DNA of 51,174 nt, filler included, from Bipalium vagum (Eukaryota): NCBI GenBank assembly GCA_037834085.1. It is 3 parts of 3 records of this genome, joined end to end, with 100 filler letters (N's around TTAATTAATTAA, not from the genome) between each part and the next. Parts side by side here need not be neighbours in the genome. Positions count along the whole stretch, not along the records: positions 32,477 to 51,174 come from JBBMKC010022163.1; 2 more parts are not named here. One strand, given 5' to 3'. Made by a program: the position numbers and the translations under genes. Below, one piece after another: positions 50,060 through 51,174 of the stretch. Every line of letters begins with the position of its first letter. The first letter of the stretch is position 1. The notes beneath the pieces were generated by a model. That model saw only the letters and a list, made by a program, of their open reading frames with translations, had not been told where the DNA came from and ran no database searches.

Positions 50060-51098
50060 AAGATTTAGAGTCAATAAATGATTGGATCTCCTGATATTCA
50101 TTTTGAAATCTTTTCCAGAGAAGAAGTGCTGCAAAGATCTGAAGAGGTGAAAATCTGTTGGAGCAATGTCTGGGCTATATTGTGGGTGAGCCATAACTTC
50201 CCACCCTAAGTCTTTAACTTTGTTAGATAAGATCTTCGACGCGTGTGACCTGGCAATGTCCTGATAAAAAATGACACATTTTCTATTGACTAAAGCTGGA
50301 CGAATTTTAATCAAGTTCTTATTTAATTTGTCCAATTGATCAAAGTATTTGTTGCGATCAATTTTCTAATTTTATCAAGGTAATTCCCATTAGAGTAGTT
50401 TCCTCACGACAATCCAACCAAATGCAAAGCATAGGTTTCTTATGATGAAGACCTGATTTTGGTGTTTGAATCCCGGTTTCACCTGGAATTAACCATTGCT
50501 TTTGTCTTTTTGGATTGTGGTACACGTTGACAACACGTTGAATAAACTGATGAATGTTATTCAGTCTAACAGTTTGATATTTTCCGTCAATTCATGGGGT
50601 ACCCAAACACCTGCCTTATATGACTTTCCAAATATATGTAAGTGGGTCTTAATTGCAGTAGGACATCTGTTCAGTTGCTAACCGTGGATCGCTACTTATG
50701 AGTTTTTCCAATAATGCGTCGACAGTTGTTGGTGGACGTCCACTTTTTAATGGTCATTGAGGTTGAAGTCACCAGACCTGAATCTGGCAAACCATTCATG
50801 TGTATGGCGAATATTAATGGCTCCTTTATTTATGTCATTAATATTAACGGCAGCTAGTGTAGCAGTAGATCCACGGATGTATTCCTACAGGAGATAATTT
50901 CATCCATTTTTCTTAGTCACGACAAATTTAGCCACTGAATTATAAAAATTATAATCTAAAAACATAATATGATTCTTTATACTTCAAATATTGCGCTTCA
51001 AATATTTCTATATCAATATTATTAAAACATCAATAAAATTGTCATTATTTAGCGATTGATTTAAAAATTAGAAAAATGAGGTTACCTTCTGACTCACC

Positions 51099-51101
<3 letters not shown>
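50060..51101 (-). mobile_element. Mariner element with 5' TIR, 3'-truncated
   Basis: TIR TTAGGTGAGTCAGAAGGTAACCTCATTTT (minus strand) ending at 51101. Motifs WFARFRSGDFNL, WVPHEL, YQDIARSH and HPQYSPDIAPTDFHLFRSL. Confidence 0.92.

Positions 51102-51170
<69 letters not shown>
51102..51170. repeat. (TAA)n microsatellite at window/contig end
   Basis: Seen directly. Confidence 0.95.
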
Positions 51171-51172
<2 letters not shown>

Positions 51173-51174
51173 TA

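Noticed and set aside
49844-50335. 163-aa ORF as a transposase-host fusion gene
   Set aside because: It starts at a non-ATG codon inside a broken mariner and reads through the truncation point by chance.
32477-51174. (AAT)n at both ends of contig 3 as telomeres of a minichromosome
   Set aside because: Both tracts read AAT on the same strand, whereas telomeres would be inverted. AAT tracts also occur internally and commonly break assemblies.

Overview
AT-rich animal DNA, not prokaryotic: it has spliceosomal GT-AG introns of 41 nt to 3.2 kb and many Tc1/mariner remnants. Protein similarities recalled from memory point tentatively to a spiralian/lophotrochozoan. The window is three contigs (1-16577, 16678-32376, 32477-51174) joined by artificial 100-nt N44-TTAATTAATTAA-N44 linkers, so nothing across the linkers is physically linked. 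Contig 1 carries a divergent SLC18 (VAChT/VMAT-like) MFS transporter in one ORF, and a 7-exon, 3'-truncated CCSER/FAM190-like gene that the ORF track shows only as fragments; tandem RFX X-box-like motifs and a TATA lie in its intron 3. Contig 2 is mostly dead transposons (mariners, a Chapaev3-like fragment, MITEs), plus an ~800-bp repeat that begins with five back-to-back hairpins and a TATA box; a partial second copy lies on contig 1. Contig 3 is visibly GC-richer and holds small secreted-protein genes: a PAN-domain gene enclosed by ~210-bp, ~95% identical inverted repeats, a frameshifted C-type lectin+PAN gene and an intronless Cys-rich secreted protein. It also has RLE non-LTR, Tc1, mariner and possible Penelope remnants. 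The two best leads are the inverted-repeat-bounded gene cassette (40773-42382) and the hairpin-array element (18847-19651). All family calls are motif recognition by eye; no searches were run.
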